Source: Macrostomum lignano (Eukaryota). Taken from it: DNA of 64,000 bases. Both the position numbers and the translations under genes were made by a program. This document shows, piece after piece, positions 33,786 to 46,553 of the stretch (within the stretch, counting starts at the first letter, position 1; every line of letters starts with the position of its first letter). The notes beneath the pieces are model-generated. The model saw only the letters and a list, made by a program, of their open reading frames with translations. It was not told the origin of the DNA and did no database searches. Location: positions 62,001 to 126,000 of the forward strand of contig NIVC01002847.1 in NCBI GenBank assembly GCA_002269645.1. Reading direction: 5' to 3'.

Positions 33786-36700
33786 CAAGGAGCAATCCCG
33801 TGCTTCATGCTATTTTTATACCTGGAGAGGCAAACGGCAAGCCGTGCCGCTGGCTGCTGGACACCGGAGCGCAGACCTCGCTGATCAGCGACGTTGCTTT
33901 GAGAGAGCTGGACGGTCGCTGCGAGCTGAAGCCGGCAGATGTCAGGCCTGTGTCCGTGGACGGCTCCGTTCTCGAGCTGTTAGGAAGCGTGAGCATTACG
34001 GTGCGACTCAGTCATCAGCTGCGCAGACAAATGGACGTGCTGGTGGTCAGAGGGATTCGCCCAAACTTCATCCTGGGGATGGATTTCGTGAGCAAGGCGG
34101 CCAGATCGCAGTTCAGCATCGACCAGGGTGCCAAGACAGTCGCATTCGATGGTGAGGCGGTTCCGTTCAGTAACTGCGATTCCAAGCAAGATGGCCCGCT
34201 GTCTTGTTGCTTGGTACCCACAGTGATCATCGCCAGAGTTCAGGGCGCCGTCGTGGTACCGCCAAGGTCAGTTAAAGTGGTGGACGTGACGACCGAGACC
34301 AAGCAGGCACATGGCATCTTCGAGCCGTCACAGGAGTTCATCGACAGAATCGGAGTGCTGCCCGGCCGCGTGTTCGCGGTGTCTTCAGAGAGCGGCAAGA
34401 TTCCGGTTCAAGTGTGCAACCTCAGCTGCAGCCCGGTCACGCTGTTCTCCAACCAGAGCATCGGCACCTTCGAGAGCGCGGAGGTTATCGACGAGGACGA
34501 GGACGTGCACGAGTGGCGAGGCCCCGCAGACCAGTTCAACATCAATCCGGAGCTGCCGGAGGAGGACAGCAACCGTTTAGCAATGCTGCTGAGGGCATTT
34601 GCCGACGTGGTCTCAGTCCATGAGTTCGACGTTGGTACGAGCAGCGCAGCGCAGCACAAGATTGAGCTGGACGACGGCGCTCGCCCGATTCGCCAACGGC
34701 CTCGGCGGGTGCCTCACGCCTTCAGGAGGCAAGTGGACGAGAAGCTGGAGCAGATGCGACAACACGGCGTCATCGAGCCCTCCACCAGCCCGTGGGCGAG
34801 CAACCTGATAATCGTCAGAAAGAAGAATAATGACATCCGAGTCTGTGTAGACTGGCGGGCGCTGAACAACCTCACAGTGAAGGACGCCCACCCGCTGCCG
34901 CATTTGCACCAAGCGCTCGACTCCTTGGCTGGCTGCTCATGGTTCTCTACGATCGACATGCGCCAAGGCTTCCTTCAGGTGGAGGTCAGAGAGGAGGATC
35001 GGCCGTTGACAGCGTTCTACACTCCGAGCGGCCTGATGCAATTCCGCAAAATGGGATTCGGCATGTGCAACGCGCCTGCGACGTACCAGCGAATGATGGA
35101 GCTCATCATGACCGGCCTGAGCTGGGAGGAGGTCATCGCGTAAATTGATGAGCTGATCATCTTCAACAGAGACATTGAGAACCACGTTCAGTCACTGTCC
35201 AAGGTGCTGCATCGACTGCGGTCTGCCAAGCTGAAGCTGAACCCAGACAAGAGCTTCTTTGCCTACCGGAGCGTCACGTACCTGGGTCACCAAGTCTCTG
35301 AGAGCGGCATCGCACCTGCCGCGGAGAAGGTCGAGGCGATCAGGCGGATGCCGGAGCCGCAGTCTGAGGAGGATGTTCGACGCATCATCGGCATGCTCAG
35401 CTTCTACCGCAGGTTCGTGCCCAACTTCTCTGACATTGCCAAACCGCTGCATCACCTGGCTCAGAAAGGCGCGGGCGGCGGCTTCGTGTGGACGTCAGAG
35501 CATGCTGCGGTGCTGAAAAAGTTGAAGGACGCGCTGACCCAGGCCCCGGTGCTCCAGCTGCCCGACTTCAGCCGGCCTATCGTCATCAGCTGTGACAGCA
35601 GTGCTGTGGCCTTGGGTGCGGTGCTCAGCCAGGAGCGCGACGGCCAGGAGCTGCCAGTGGCCTACGCTTCCCGGACGCTGAGCAAGGCAGAGCGCAACTA
35701 CAGCACCACGGACCGGGAGCTGCTCGCGATTGTTTGGAGCCTCAAGCAGTTCCGCATGTACCTGAGCAACAGCTGCAAGATCCAGGTGTTCACGACCACA
35801 AGCCGATCACTGGGCTGCTCAACGCGAAGGAGCCAACCGGTCGGCTGGCACGTTGGCTACAGCTCATTCAGGAGTTCCCCCTGGAAATCCTGTACCGGCC
35901 CGGCAAGGAGAACATCGTGCCAGACACCCTCAGCCGAGCAGCGGCGGTGCAGTTCCAGATCGCTAATCTGCCTGACGAGCAGGACCAGGACCAGGTTCTG
36001 CACGCGGTTCGGCACGCGATGCTCCAGCCCAACTTTCAAGTTCCGGCGGCGGTGAGTGCGTCGGTCCAGAAGCTGCTGCCCTGTCTGACGCTGTCACCGG
36101 ACGGCGCACTGCTCCACAACGGGTTGCCGGTGATCCCCCAGCACATGAGAGCGGAGCTGCTGCACCAGGCGCACGACCGGCCGAGCGCGGGTCACCTCGG
36201 ACAGCGGCGGGTGCTGCGGGCTTTGCGCGAGCGTTCCTGGTGGCCGGACATGCGCGAGGACGTGCGGGACTGGGTGCGGAGCTGCCTGGTCTGCCAACGA
36301 CGCAAGGGAGCGCCAAAGCGAGCGCGTGCTGAGCTGGTGCGGCAGCCGCTACCGGCCAAGCCGTGGGCTGTCATGCAACTCGACATCAAGGGCCCACTGC
36401 CAGTCACCGAGTCTGGCAAGCGCTACATCATCTGCTTTGTCGACACATTTTCAAAGTGGGTGGAGGCGGCGGCCCTCAGCCAGATCGACGCCAAGACGGT
36501 AGCCGAGGCTCTGGTGACCTGTGTGGTGCTGCGGCACGGAGTTCCGGAGGTCGTGCACTCGGACCAAGGTCGCCAGTTTGAGGCCGAAGTTTTCAAGCAG
36601 ACCTGCGCGCTGCTCGGAGCAGAAAAATCGAGGACCTCACCGTTTCACCCCAGCGGCAACGGGAACGTCGAGAGGTTCAATAGGACGCTGGGCAACATGC

Positions 36701-37387
36701 TCTCCGCATTCTGCTCAGAGAATCAGGCCAGCTGGGACGCCCTGCTGCCTATGTCGTGTGGGCCTACAACAGCTCTGAGCACAGCTCCACGGGCGAGTCG
36801 CCGTTAAAGTGCTACGCGGCATCGAGCCCAGACTGCCGGTCGACTTGGCACTCGGTGGGCAGCGCGACCAGCCGCAGGACTGCGCGGACCTGCAGGCAAG
36901 AATCAGGCGCGGCTTTCAGGTAGTGCGGGCGCACCTGCACACGCCCCAGAAATCGCAGCACGAGTTCTACAACCTAGGGGCAGAGACTACCGACTTCAAG
37001 ACCGGTGACCGAGTGATGCTGACGCACCATGCGATGAAGCGCGGCCAGTGCAAGTCGCTGTCGAACCGGTGGTCCGGCCCGTTCATCGTCCTTAAGAAGG
37101 TCAGCCCTGTGAACTACCGGCTGCAGGCTGTGAACGGCAGGCGCCGCTTGCTGGTCCACCACGACCGCTTGAAGCGCTTTATCGACCGACCGAATCTGAG
37201 CGACAGGCCACCAGCCAAGCCGGCCACCGAGGACGACTGTCAGAGCGTCGAGGACGCCGCGGGTCAGCTGGCCGGCCCGGACGCCTGGGAGCCGCTGCGC
37301 AACCTGGACGCGGCTGAACCCGGCAACACGGTGCGCCGGTCGGGCAGGCAGCGCCGGCGGCCGGATTTTTACACGGCGACCTGTTGA
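33737..37387 (+). pseudogene. pol (PR-RT-RNase H-IN) with stop in the RT YxDD motif and frameshifts
   Basis: LLDTGA, SPWASN, RVCVDWRALN, IDMRQGFLQV, A*IDE (TAA 35141-35143), CDSSAVALGAVL, HLG..R..WW...CLVCQ, LDIKGP, SDQGRQFE, PFHPSGNGNVERFN, WSGPF; frameshifts near 35790 and 36750-36810. Confidence 0.92.
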
Positions 37388-37495
37388 CGTGCTTTCTTTC
37401 TGATCGGGACTTTTTTCGCGTTGCATGAACTTTTTTTGTTTGCTTTTGTTTTATCCCGTTTTTTTATCCCATGTATTTTTCTTGGGGGAGAGTGA

Positions 37496-37704
37496 TGTAG
37501 GTTGCGTTTGGTTTGGGCCGTCAGGGTGGGGGCTGCTCTATTAGTATATGTACTTGCATCTCACTTTCTTCTCTGTACATGCCCACCACCCCAGTTGGGT
37601 GAGTCACTTTAATCGATCTATCATTGCTGACTATTTAATCGCTCGTAAATTATCTTGCATCAAAATATACTTCGTAAACTTACTCTAAATTCTCGGCTCT
37701 TACA
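37496..37704 (+). repeat. 3' LTR
   Basis: Direct repeat of 32685-32893. Confidence 0.97.
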
Positions 37705-38429
37705 GTACTATGCAAATAACAACTACCTTTGCAAATATATTGCATATTTTGGGCATATTATAATACAAAAATGTATGTATAGTTTACAATCTTGAATTGC
37801 TATAATATCCTATATACTAAAAATGAGTTGTCTGTATGTGGGTAGGTATGCGATAGATTTCAGAAAAAATGGCTCAACCGATTTTCTTCAAACTTGCACC
37901 ATTTGCTCAGAAATTTTCCTGGGACGGTACATGCATCTTGGCTAAGAAATTTCTCAATTTTAAAGGGATTAAATATTCGAAAAACATGCTTTTTTGCAAA
38001 GGTCAAGCAGCTCTTTCGACCTGAAATGCATTGTAAGAATGCTAGAGAAAAAACTGACTGGCTGAATTCCGATTGTGATAAAGATTGCATCACAAGTTGA
38101 ATACAGTGCCCAAGAAATGCACACACGACTTGATTTAAATTGCGTAACCATATTGCTAACTTAAATTGAGACTGATACTGGCTGACTGAGAAATAGATGT
38201 CTGACTTACTTTTTACTCCAAAGTATGTCTGAAGAAACTTTTTACTCCAATTGACTTGCTGTAAGAATTGAATTATAAGGGCCACAATTCCACAAGAAAA
38301 GAGATAGCCCTGATGCGAACAGACTGGAATGCTAATGTAGCGACCTGGGTTCGAATCTTAGTAGTGCAAAAAGATTTTTTATTAAAACACCTTAAAAACA
38401 CAACAAAACTGCTAAACATCAAAGAAGCG

Positions 38430-40820
38430 CAATGTCAAACATAGAAGAGCCAACATATCGAACATAAAAGAGTTACCATGTCAAACATAGAAGAGCCACC
38501 CTGTTGAACATTAAAGAGCCACCATGTCAAACATAAAAACCCACCATGTCAAACATAAAAGAGCCACCATGTCAAGCATAGAAGAGCCACCATGTCTAAC
38601 ATAAAAGAACCACCATGTCGAACATAAAAGAGCCACCATGTCAAACATTAAAGAGCCACCATGTCTAACAGTAAAGAGCCACCATGTCTAACATTAAAGA
38701 GCCACATGTCAAACATTTAAGAGCCACCATGTCTAACATTAAAGAGCCACCATGTCTAACATTAAAGAGCCACCATGTCAAACATAAAAGAGCCACCATG
38801 TCAAACATAAAAGAGCCACCATGTCAAACATATATGTGACTCCATGTCAAACAGTAAAGAGCCACCATGTCAAGCATAAAAGAGCCACCATGTCTAACAT
38901 AAAAGAGCCACCATGTCAAACATTAAAGAGCCACCATGTCGAACATTAAAGAGCCACCATGTCCAACATATATGTGACTCCATGTCAAACATTATAGAGC
39001 CACCATGTCAAACATTAAAGTGCTACCATGTCAAACATAGAAAAGCCACCATGTCGAACATTAAAGTGCTACCATGTCAAACATAGAAAAGCCACCATGT
39101 CGAACATTAAAGAGCCACCATGTCTAACATTATAGAGCCACCATGTCGAACATTAACGAGTCACCATGTCAAGTATATTCGTGACTCCATGTCAAACATA
39201 AAAGAGCTACCATGAAGAACATTAAAGAGCCACCACGTAAAACATTAAAGAGCCATTATGTCAAACATAAAAGAGCCACCATGTCAAACATAAAAGAGCC
39301 ACCATGTCAAACATTATAGAGCCACCATGTCGAACATTAAAGAGCCACCATGTCGAACATTAAAGAGCCACATGTCTTTTAACATTAAAAAGCCACCATG
39401 TCAAAAATTAAAGAGCCACCAAGTCTAACATTAAAGAGCCACCATGTCTAACATTGAAGAGCCACCAGTAAAAAATATAGAGCCACAATGTCTAACATTA
39501 AAGAGCCACCATGTCGAACATTAAAGAGCCACCATGTCTAACATTATAGAGCCACCATGTTGAACATTAAAGAGCCACCATTTCAAACATTAAAGAGCCA
39601 TCATTACATTAAGGTGCCACCAGGTCAAACATTAAAGAGCCACCATGTCTAACATTGAAGAGCCACCATGTCAAACATAAAAGAGCCACCATGTCAAACA
39701 TAAAACAGCCACCATGTCAAACATTAAAGAGCCACCATGTCTAACATTAAAGAGCCACCATTTCAAACATTAAAGAGCCATCATTACATTAAGGTGCCAC
39801 CAGGTCAAACATTAAAGAGCCACCATGTCTAACATAAAAGAGCCACCATATCAAACATTAAAGAGCCACCATATCAAACATTAAAGAGCCACCATGTCAA
39901 ACATTAAAGAGCCACCATATCAAACATTAAAGAGCCACCATGTCAAACTTAAAACAGCCACCATGTCAAACATAAAAGAGCCACTATGTCAAACATATAT
40001 GTGACTCCATGTCAAACAGTAAAGAGCCACCATGTCAAGCATAAAAGAGACACCATGTCTAACATAAAAGAGCCACCATGTCGAACATAAAAGAGCCACG
40101 ATGTCAAACATTAAAGAGCCGCACTGTCAAACATTAAAGAGCCATCATGTCTAACATTAAAGAGCCACCATGTCTAACATTAAAGAGCCACCATGTCAAA
40201 CATAAAAGAGCCACCATGTCTAACATAAAAGAGCCACCATGTCAAAAATATATGTGACTCCATGTCAAACATTAAAGAGCCGCCATGTCTAACATAAAAG
40301 AGCCACCATGTCAAACATTAAAGAGCCACCATATCAAACATTAAAGAGCCACCATGTCAAACTTAAAACAGCCACCATGTCAAACATAAAAGAGCCACCA
40401 TGTCAAACATTAAAGTGCTACCATGTTAAACATAGAAGAGCCACCATGTCGAACATAAAAGAGCCACCATGTCTAACATTATAGAGCCACCATGTCGAAC
40501 ATTAACGAGTCACCATGTCAAGTATATTCGTGACTCCATGTCAAACATAGAAGAGCTACCATGTCGAACATTAAAGAGCCACCATGTCAAACATATATGT
40601 GACTCTATGTCAAACAGTAAAGAGCCACCATGTCAAGCATAAAAGAGCCACAATGTCGAATATAAAAGAACCACCATGTCAAACATTAAAGAGCCATATT
40701 GTCAAACATTAAAGAGCCACCATGTCGAACATTAAAGGGCCACCATGTCAAACATAAAAGAGCCACTATGTCAAACAATAAAGAGACACCATGTCAAACA
40801 TAAAATTTACACAATTTCAA
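38430..40820. repeat. 23-bp minisatellite (TCAAACATAAAAGAGCCACCATG)n, roughly 100 copies
   Basis: 23-nt period read directly (e.g. CCACCATG at 38770 and 38793). Confidence 0.95.
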
Positions 40821-40914
40821 ACGTAAACGTAAGCGTCATGCCAATTTTAAAGGAGCCACTATAGAGCTAAGGAAATTGTAGCACTAGCTACTTATTGTAT
40901 GGTGGATGCTTACT

Positions 40915-41065
40915 ATTTGGGGATGCTTGCTATCTGGGGGATGCTTGCTATCTGGGCGATGCTTGCAATCTGGGGGATGCTTGCTATCTGGGGGATGCTT
41001 GCTGTCTGGGGGATGCTTGCAATCTGGGGGATGCTTGCTATCTGGGGGATGCTTGCTATCTTGGG
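40915..41065. repeat. 18-bp tandem repeat (GATGCTTGCTATCTGGGG)n, about 8 copies
   Basis: Direct reading; explains the DACYLG repeat ORF. Confidence 0.9.
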
Positions 41066-41590
41066 ATGATTTCTTTTTGCATTACACTTTATTTGAGCAG
41101 TTTGTCTGTCGTCTTTGTGAAGGCTTTTTTGGCTGTCTTTTTGTTACTTGTAGAGAACAGAGATTCTATACAGATGTCCCCCAACGGGGGGCGAAGATTG
41201 CTAGTATATCTCTAAATATTATATACAATTATATATTATATATTATATTATATATATTAATATATCTATCACTAGATATACATGATTAATGAACTATTTT
41301 GTAAATGCAAGAACAATAAAACATGCCAAGCATAGAGGATATACACAATTAGGGTTATATATCCAGCTTCTTCACGTCGTCTGTATGATACTATAATATA
41401 ATATAATATGAATATATTTTATTATATTATATATCATACAATATATAATATAATAAAATATAAATAATAAATAAATACAAATAAAATAATATAATATAAA
41501 ATATATTCATATTTTCTATAGCTCTATTGCCTGAGTCCCAGCCTTATACAAGGGTTTAATGTTATTATATTAATTTGGCTAATAAGGCTA

Positions 41591-41800
41591 TCTCCTTATA
41601 CTAAAACTGACGCGATGTTTGTCTGTCTGTATGTATGTAGTAAGTGAACTCCTACAATTCTACCAAGTCAGCGTTGAAACTTATATCATATATACCAGTT
41701 AGAAAAGTGGCAATTGCCACAGAAAATTCTGTTATCCTACATATTCCAAAGTCTTAAGTATATTTGGTATATAGCTTTTTTGGAAAATTTATCATAAACC
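41591..41800 (+). mobile_element. Possible 5' end of another Helitron-like non-autonomous element
   Basis: A|TCTCCTTATACTAAAA..GTTTGTCTGTCTGTATGTATG resembles 37808 and 46554; no 3' end found. Confidence 0.4.
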
Positions 41801-42902
41801 ATATAATTGCATATTGTTAATATAACTTATAATAATATGGTAAATTCTTATATAAAATGTTATCTAGTTTTTATAGATTATTTTATATGTGTTATTTTAA
41901 AGAATCACTATAAGCTCAAAATTTAGCTCAAAAATTCCTTCCTATTAAGTAGCCACTGCATCATCTGTCGGGAATCTGTGCATTCACACTGGAGTTCTGG
42001 TATCACCAGTGAATGCTTGACAGCTTGAGTTGTATTTGTGCAAGTGGCTGTACACCTTTTGAGTTGAATATCAAATTTTGCATGGCTATGGCCATTGGCC
42101 ATTGAAAAACTATTTGATTATATATACATGATTGCAAATCACACTGGAAACACTAGATGCATGATCTTTGTGAGGAAGGATAAGAAACTAGACTTAGCCA
42201 AATGCTCTTAAAACAAAGGCAAATTCAATGCTTATATTAAGATTGGTTCATAGACCACATAGTGTGTACATTATGGCTTGCACAGCTCTTAACCCTTTCA
42301 CCACCTTCCTATCCTCCCTTCAAGGCAACTTTGTTAGTTGGCTTTTACTAAAGTTAAGGCAACACAAAAAAGCTCTGCTTAGCTAGATGGCTTGAATAGC
42401 CCTTGGCCTCCACCCCTTCACCTACCCCCTCCACACTGCTATAGGCTAGCAATAGGGTTGAAAAGGGAAATCATTTACTGGAAATTTAGGGTAGCAAAAG
42501 CCTACCTTAAAGTTGAGAATGTATACTGTACTGTAGAAGATTGTAATTGATTTCATTTTAGTCACTGATAAGAATGTTTCTTATAAGTTGCTTTTACACT
42601 ACTGTCCTAAGAGTAGTATCAGTTTTGCTTCCCACAGCAAGATAGGAAGTGATCTATCTAGTTATATAGTATCTTTGATGTATAGTCATATATGTACAAT
42701 GTCTAAAAATCATAAAAATGGCACAGCTTAACCTATTGGCTTTAGGAATCTATTTTATCATTCTTAGCCTAATGACTATATAACAAAGTGAATTATAGAA
42801 TGGTAAATAGATTCTTTGTGATTTTTAGACATAAGACATATACATGTAGATGAGATGGGACATAATTATATATTTTTTGCAGTCTAGTTGATTCTATGAG
42901 AG

Positions 42903-43150
42903 GGTTGTAGCATAGTGTTCAGACCATTAGACTTGTGACTTAAAGGTCAAGGGTTTGATTCCCAATCCCATTGGAACTATTTGAGTCCTTGAGCAAGACA
43001 CTCAACTCTGCATTGCTTCAGTTCACCCAGCTGTAGAATGGGTGCCAGCATTAGCTGGAGTAATAAGGGTGTATGATGACCTAGTCCTTAGGCTTAACAG
43101 CCATATATTGCCTTTAAAAGCACTGCACAATAGCTGCAGATGAGGTATTG
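42903..43150 (+). mobile_element. tRNA-headed CORE-type SINE, copy B (older, CpG-depleted)
   Basis: Colinear with 24625-24900, including CCTTGAGCAA..CTCTGCATTGCTTCAGTTCACCCAGCTGT. Confidence 0.8.
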
Positions 43151-44059
43151 GCTACACATCTGGCCAAGTTGGGGCTGGTGTAATCAATAATTATTATAAA
43201 TTTTAGAACTTTAGCACTTTATTAAGCACAGAACTTGCAGTATAAAATAGGCTGAAAAAAGGTGATAGAATGATTCATAGGCATTTTTTCATAAATTTGG
43301 TTTGTCTTAATTTTTTAAATTTAACAATTTTATTTGTTTTAATTTAGTATGTTTATTTATTTACATACTTTTACTGAAATGTTTGATACTTAACTCATAT
43401 TCACAATATCCAGCCCAGGGTGCCAAGGTAGGCATGTCACAAAATTAACTAAACCAGCATTAAACTGTTGCAAAAAAGCTCTTTAGATACAAATATGCTA
43501 CATTTTTCTAGTAAACCGTGTCTACCAGCTATATAAAATTAAAGAGATTGTGCAGATATAATTAAAATGCTTTTAAACTGTATGAAACTGTCTTTATCAT
43601 GAAGAGAATGACACTCACCTATTGAGAGCACTCAGATTTAAAGATTTAAGCACTTTTTAAATGATCGTTAAATAATTATATGATATGTATCTAATAAAAT
43701 TAATGATCCAACTTAATAAAGCAACTGTTATATCACTAAATGATTGCAGCTTTAATGATTTCTGTGCACCAAATTTGCTGTTGAAGTCAATATTGGCTAT
43801 CAGAAAACTAATACACCTGCACTGGTAAGAATCTATTCAAGCTCTGTAACTGTGTTTTTGCTTAAATCTATCGTAACAGAAAGGACAAATTGTTTCACTG
43901 TTGAGCATGTGTAGGTCATTTTATAAATTCAGTATTTGTAAAAATCAATTAATCCTGTCTGTAGTAAATTATATTAAATGCAGTGATCCTCTCTGGGACT
44001 GGGTTGCTGCTATGGGTAAACAAACCGATGCTGCAGTATTTCCGATAAGTACTATGAAT

Positions 44060-45250
44060 AATTCTTGTACAGATGAGCAGTTCTTGTGCAGATGAGTAAT
44101 TCTTGTACAGATGAGCAGTTCTTGTACAGATAAGCAGTTCTTGTGCAGATGAGCAGTTCTTGTGCAGATGAGTAGTTCTTGTACAGATGAGTAGTTCTTG
44201 TACAGTTGTGTAGTTCTTGTACAGATGAGTAATTCTTGTACAGTTGTGTAGTTCTTGTACAGATAAGTAATTCTTGTACAGTTGTGTAGTTCTTGTACAG
44301 ATGAGCAGTTCTTGTACAGTTTTGTAGTTCTTGTACAGATGAGTAATTCTTGTAGAGATGAGTAGTTCTTGCTTGTACAGCTGAGTACTTCTTTTACAGA
44401 TGAGTAGTTTTTGTACAGAGGAGTAATTCTTGTACAGATAAGTAGTTCTTGTACAGATGAGTAATTCTTGTACAGATGAGTAATTCTTGTAGAGATGAGT
44501 AGTTCTTGCTTGTACAGCTGAGTACTTCTTTTACAGATGAGTAATTCTTGTACAGTTGTGTAGTTGTTGTACAGATGAGCAGTTCTTGTACAGTTGTGTA
44601 GTTCTTGTACAGATAAGTAATTCTTGTAGAGATGAGTAGTTCTTGCTTGTACAGCTGAGTACTTCATTTACAGATGAGTAGTTCTTGTACGGATAGTAGT
44701 TTTTGTACAGAGGAATAATTCTTGTAGAGATGAGTAGTTCTTGTACAGTTGTGTAGTTCTTGTACAGATGAGTAATTCTTGTACAGTTGTGTAGTTGTTG
44801 TACACATGAGCAGTTCTTGTACAGTTGTGTAGTTCTTGTACAGATAAGTAATTCTTGTAGAGATGAGTAGTTCTTGCTTGTACAGCTGAGTACTTCATTT
44901 ACAGATGAGTAGTTCTTGTACGGATAGTAGTTTTTGTACAGAGGAGTAATTCTTGTACAGATGAGTAGTTCTTGTACAGATGAGTAATTCTTGTAGAGAT
45001 GAGTAGTTCTTGCTTGTACAGCTGAGTACTTCTTTTACAGATGAGTAATTCTTGTACAGATAGTAGTTTTTGTACAGGAGTAATTCTTGTACAGATAAGT
45101 AGTTCTTGTACAGATGAGTAATTCTTGTACAGATGAAGAGTTATTGTACAGATGTCTAGTTCTTGTACAGATTTCTAGTTTTTGTGCAGATGTCTAGTTC
45201 TTGTACAGATTTATAGTTCTTGTACAGATGGGTAGTTCTTGTACAGATGG
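44060..45250. repeat. 19-bp minisatellite (GAGTAGTTCTTGTACAGAT)n
   Basis: Direct reading; produces spurious repetitive ORFs on the minus strand. Confidence 0.93.
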
Positions 45251-46084
45251 GTGTGTACATTGCCCTAACATGTCTGGCATGTGTGACCATCTGCCTGTGT
45301 ACAAATATGTAATGTGCATCTCCTGACTGTCTGCATATACTTCAGTGTATATGCAATCGCTTTATAACATTTCCTGACTACGAGTACTGGCCTTTCTACT
45401 GCTTTTACTAGTTCGCTTCGCTTCAGCCTCTGACCCGCCGTTGTCTGCACTGGCCCCTGTGTCTGTTAAGCAGTTGTAAATTATAATTCATATGTAGCGC
45501 CACCCGCCCTTGCCTCATCTTGGCTTCAAGCCTATATCAGGCGCTTGGATTTCACTTGGATTCCGCTGGTACCCCGGGCGCTTGTGGGGCTTGAAATTTT
45601 TCTTTCCTTCTTTTTTATTGCTCCAAATCCGCGCGCTGTTGGCATTGCCGCGCAGTTTTCCTGCTCTAAGTATTGATGATAAGTATCGTATGCTATATAT
45701 TATATTTTATTTATAAATCAGAAACATATGTGCGCAGTATTCACTGACTGCGCGGTAGACCCCTACCACCCCCCCCCCCTCTACTTTATGGTTATTTCTG
45801 ACTAGTTTTATCAAAATAATAGTAAATTCTGATTTTTCTACTGTTCACTTCTGTTGTGGATGAATATGGCATTGTGCTGCATATTTAATTAGGGTTCTGA
45901 TCTCCTTTGAATCTTGTATGCTTGCTATAAATTATCTAATTCTATTCATTAGTATGTATGGGCTATGAGCTTTAATGTTGATGCGGCTGATGACAGTATA
46001 GAAATTATGCATGAATGCGGTGAACCTCTCTGGGACTGTGTTGCTGCATATACCGATGAGTATTTCCGATGAGTACTATGAGTA

Positions 46085-46370
46085 ATTATTGTAGAAATAA
46101 GTAGTTCTTGTACAGATGAGAGCAGTTCCTGTACAGATAAGTAGTTCTCGTAAGATGAGTAGTTCTTGTACAGATGAGTAGTTCTTGTACAGATGAGTAG
46201 TTCTTGTACAGATGAGTAGTTCTTGTACAGATGAGTAGTTTTCGTAAGATGAGTAGTTCTTGTACAGACAAGTTGTTCTTGTACAGACAAGTAGTTCTTG
46301 TACAGATGAGAACAGTTCTCGTACAGATGCATGCAATTCTTGTACAGATGAGAGCAGCTCTTGTACAAAT
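46085..46370. repeat. Second array of the same 19-bp family
   Basis: Same unit; preceded by a leader (CCTCTCTGGGACTG.GTTGCTGC) shared with the 43980 array. Confidence 0.85.
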
Positions 46371-46553
46371 TAAAGTAATTATTGACAGATGCAAGAAACT
46401 CGTGCACATATACATACAATTTTACGAATAAGTAGTTAATGTTAGCAAGTAGATATTTTTATAGTACAGATTTAAGTTATTGCATTAACAAGCAGTATGA
46501 GTATCTAATAAATAATTTTTGTTTTATTATTGTATACGTAAATTTATGATTTA

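Larger units (their letters stand above)
32685..37704 (+). mobile_element. Full-length Ty3/Gypsy LTR retrotransposon (gag, -1 pol: PR-RT-RH-IN), inactivated
   Basis: 209-bp LTRs 32685-32893 and 37496-37704 (TGT..ACA), 4-bp TSD GTAC (32681-32684, 37705-37708), PBS 32895-32905, PPT GGGGGAGAGTGA before the 3' LTR. Confidence 0.97.
37808..41204 (+). mobile_element. Non-autonomous Helitron-like element carrying internal minisatellites
   Basis: A|TC 5' end (TCCTATATACTAAAA..TGTCTGTATGT); 3' GC hairpin CCCCC-AAC-GGGGG (41178-41190) followed 10-11 nt later by CTAG|T (41201-41204); no TSD. Confidence 0.65.

Noticed and set aside
38300-38360. tRNA-like B-box GGTTCGAATC inside the Helitron-like element
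   Set aside because: No convincing A-box or cloverleaf; at most a decayed SINE/tRNA fragment
38430-40820. Dozens of perfect Kozak sequences GCCACCATG in the 23-bp array
   Set aside because: Each opens only a short peptide before a stop, and there is no evidence of transcription; most likely coincidental to the repeat unit
43969-46419. Long Cys/Tyr/Lys periodic ORFs (232, 76, 156 aa)
   Set aside because: Translations of the 19-bp minisatellite
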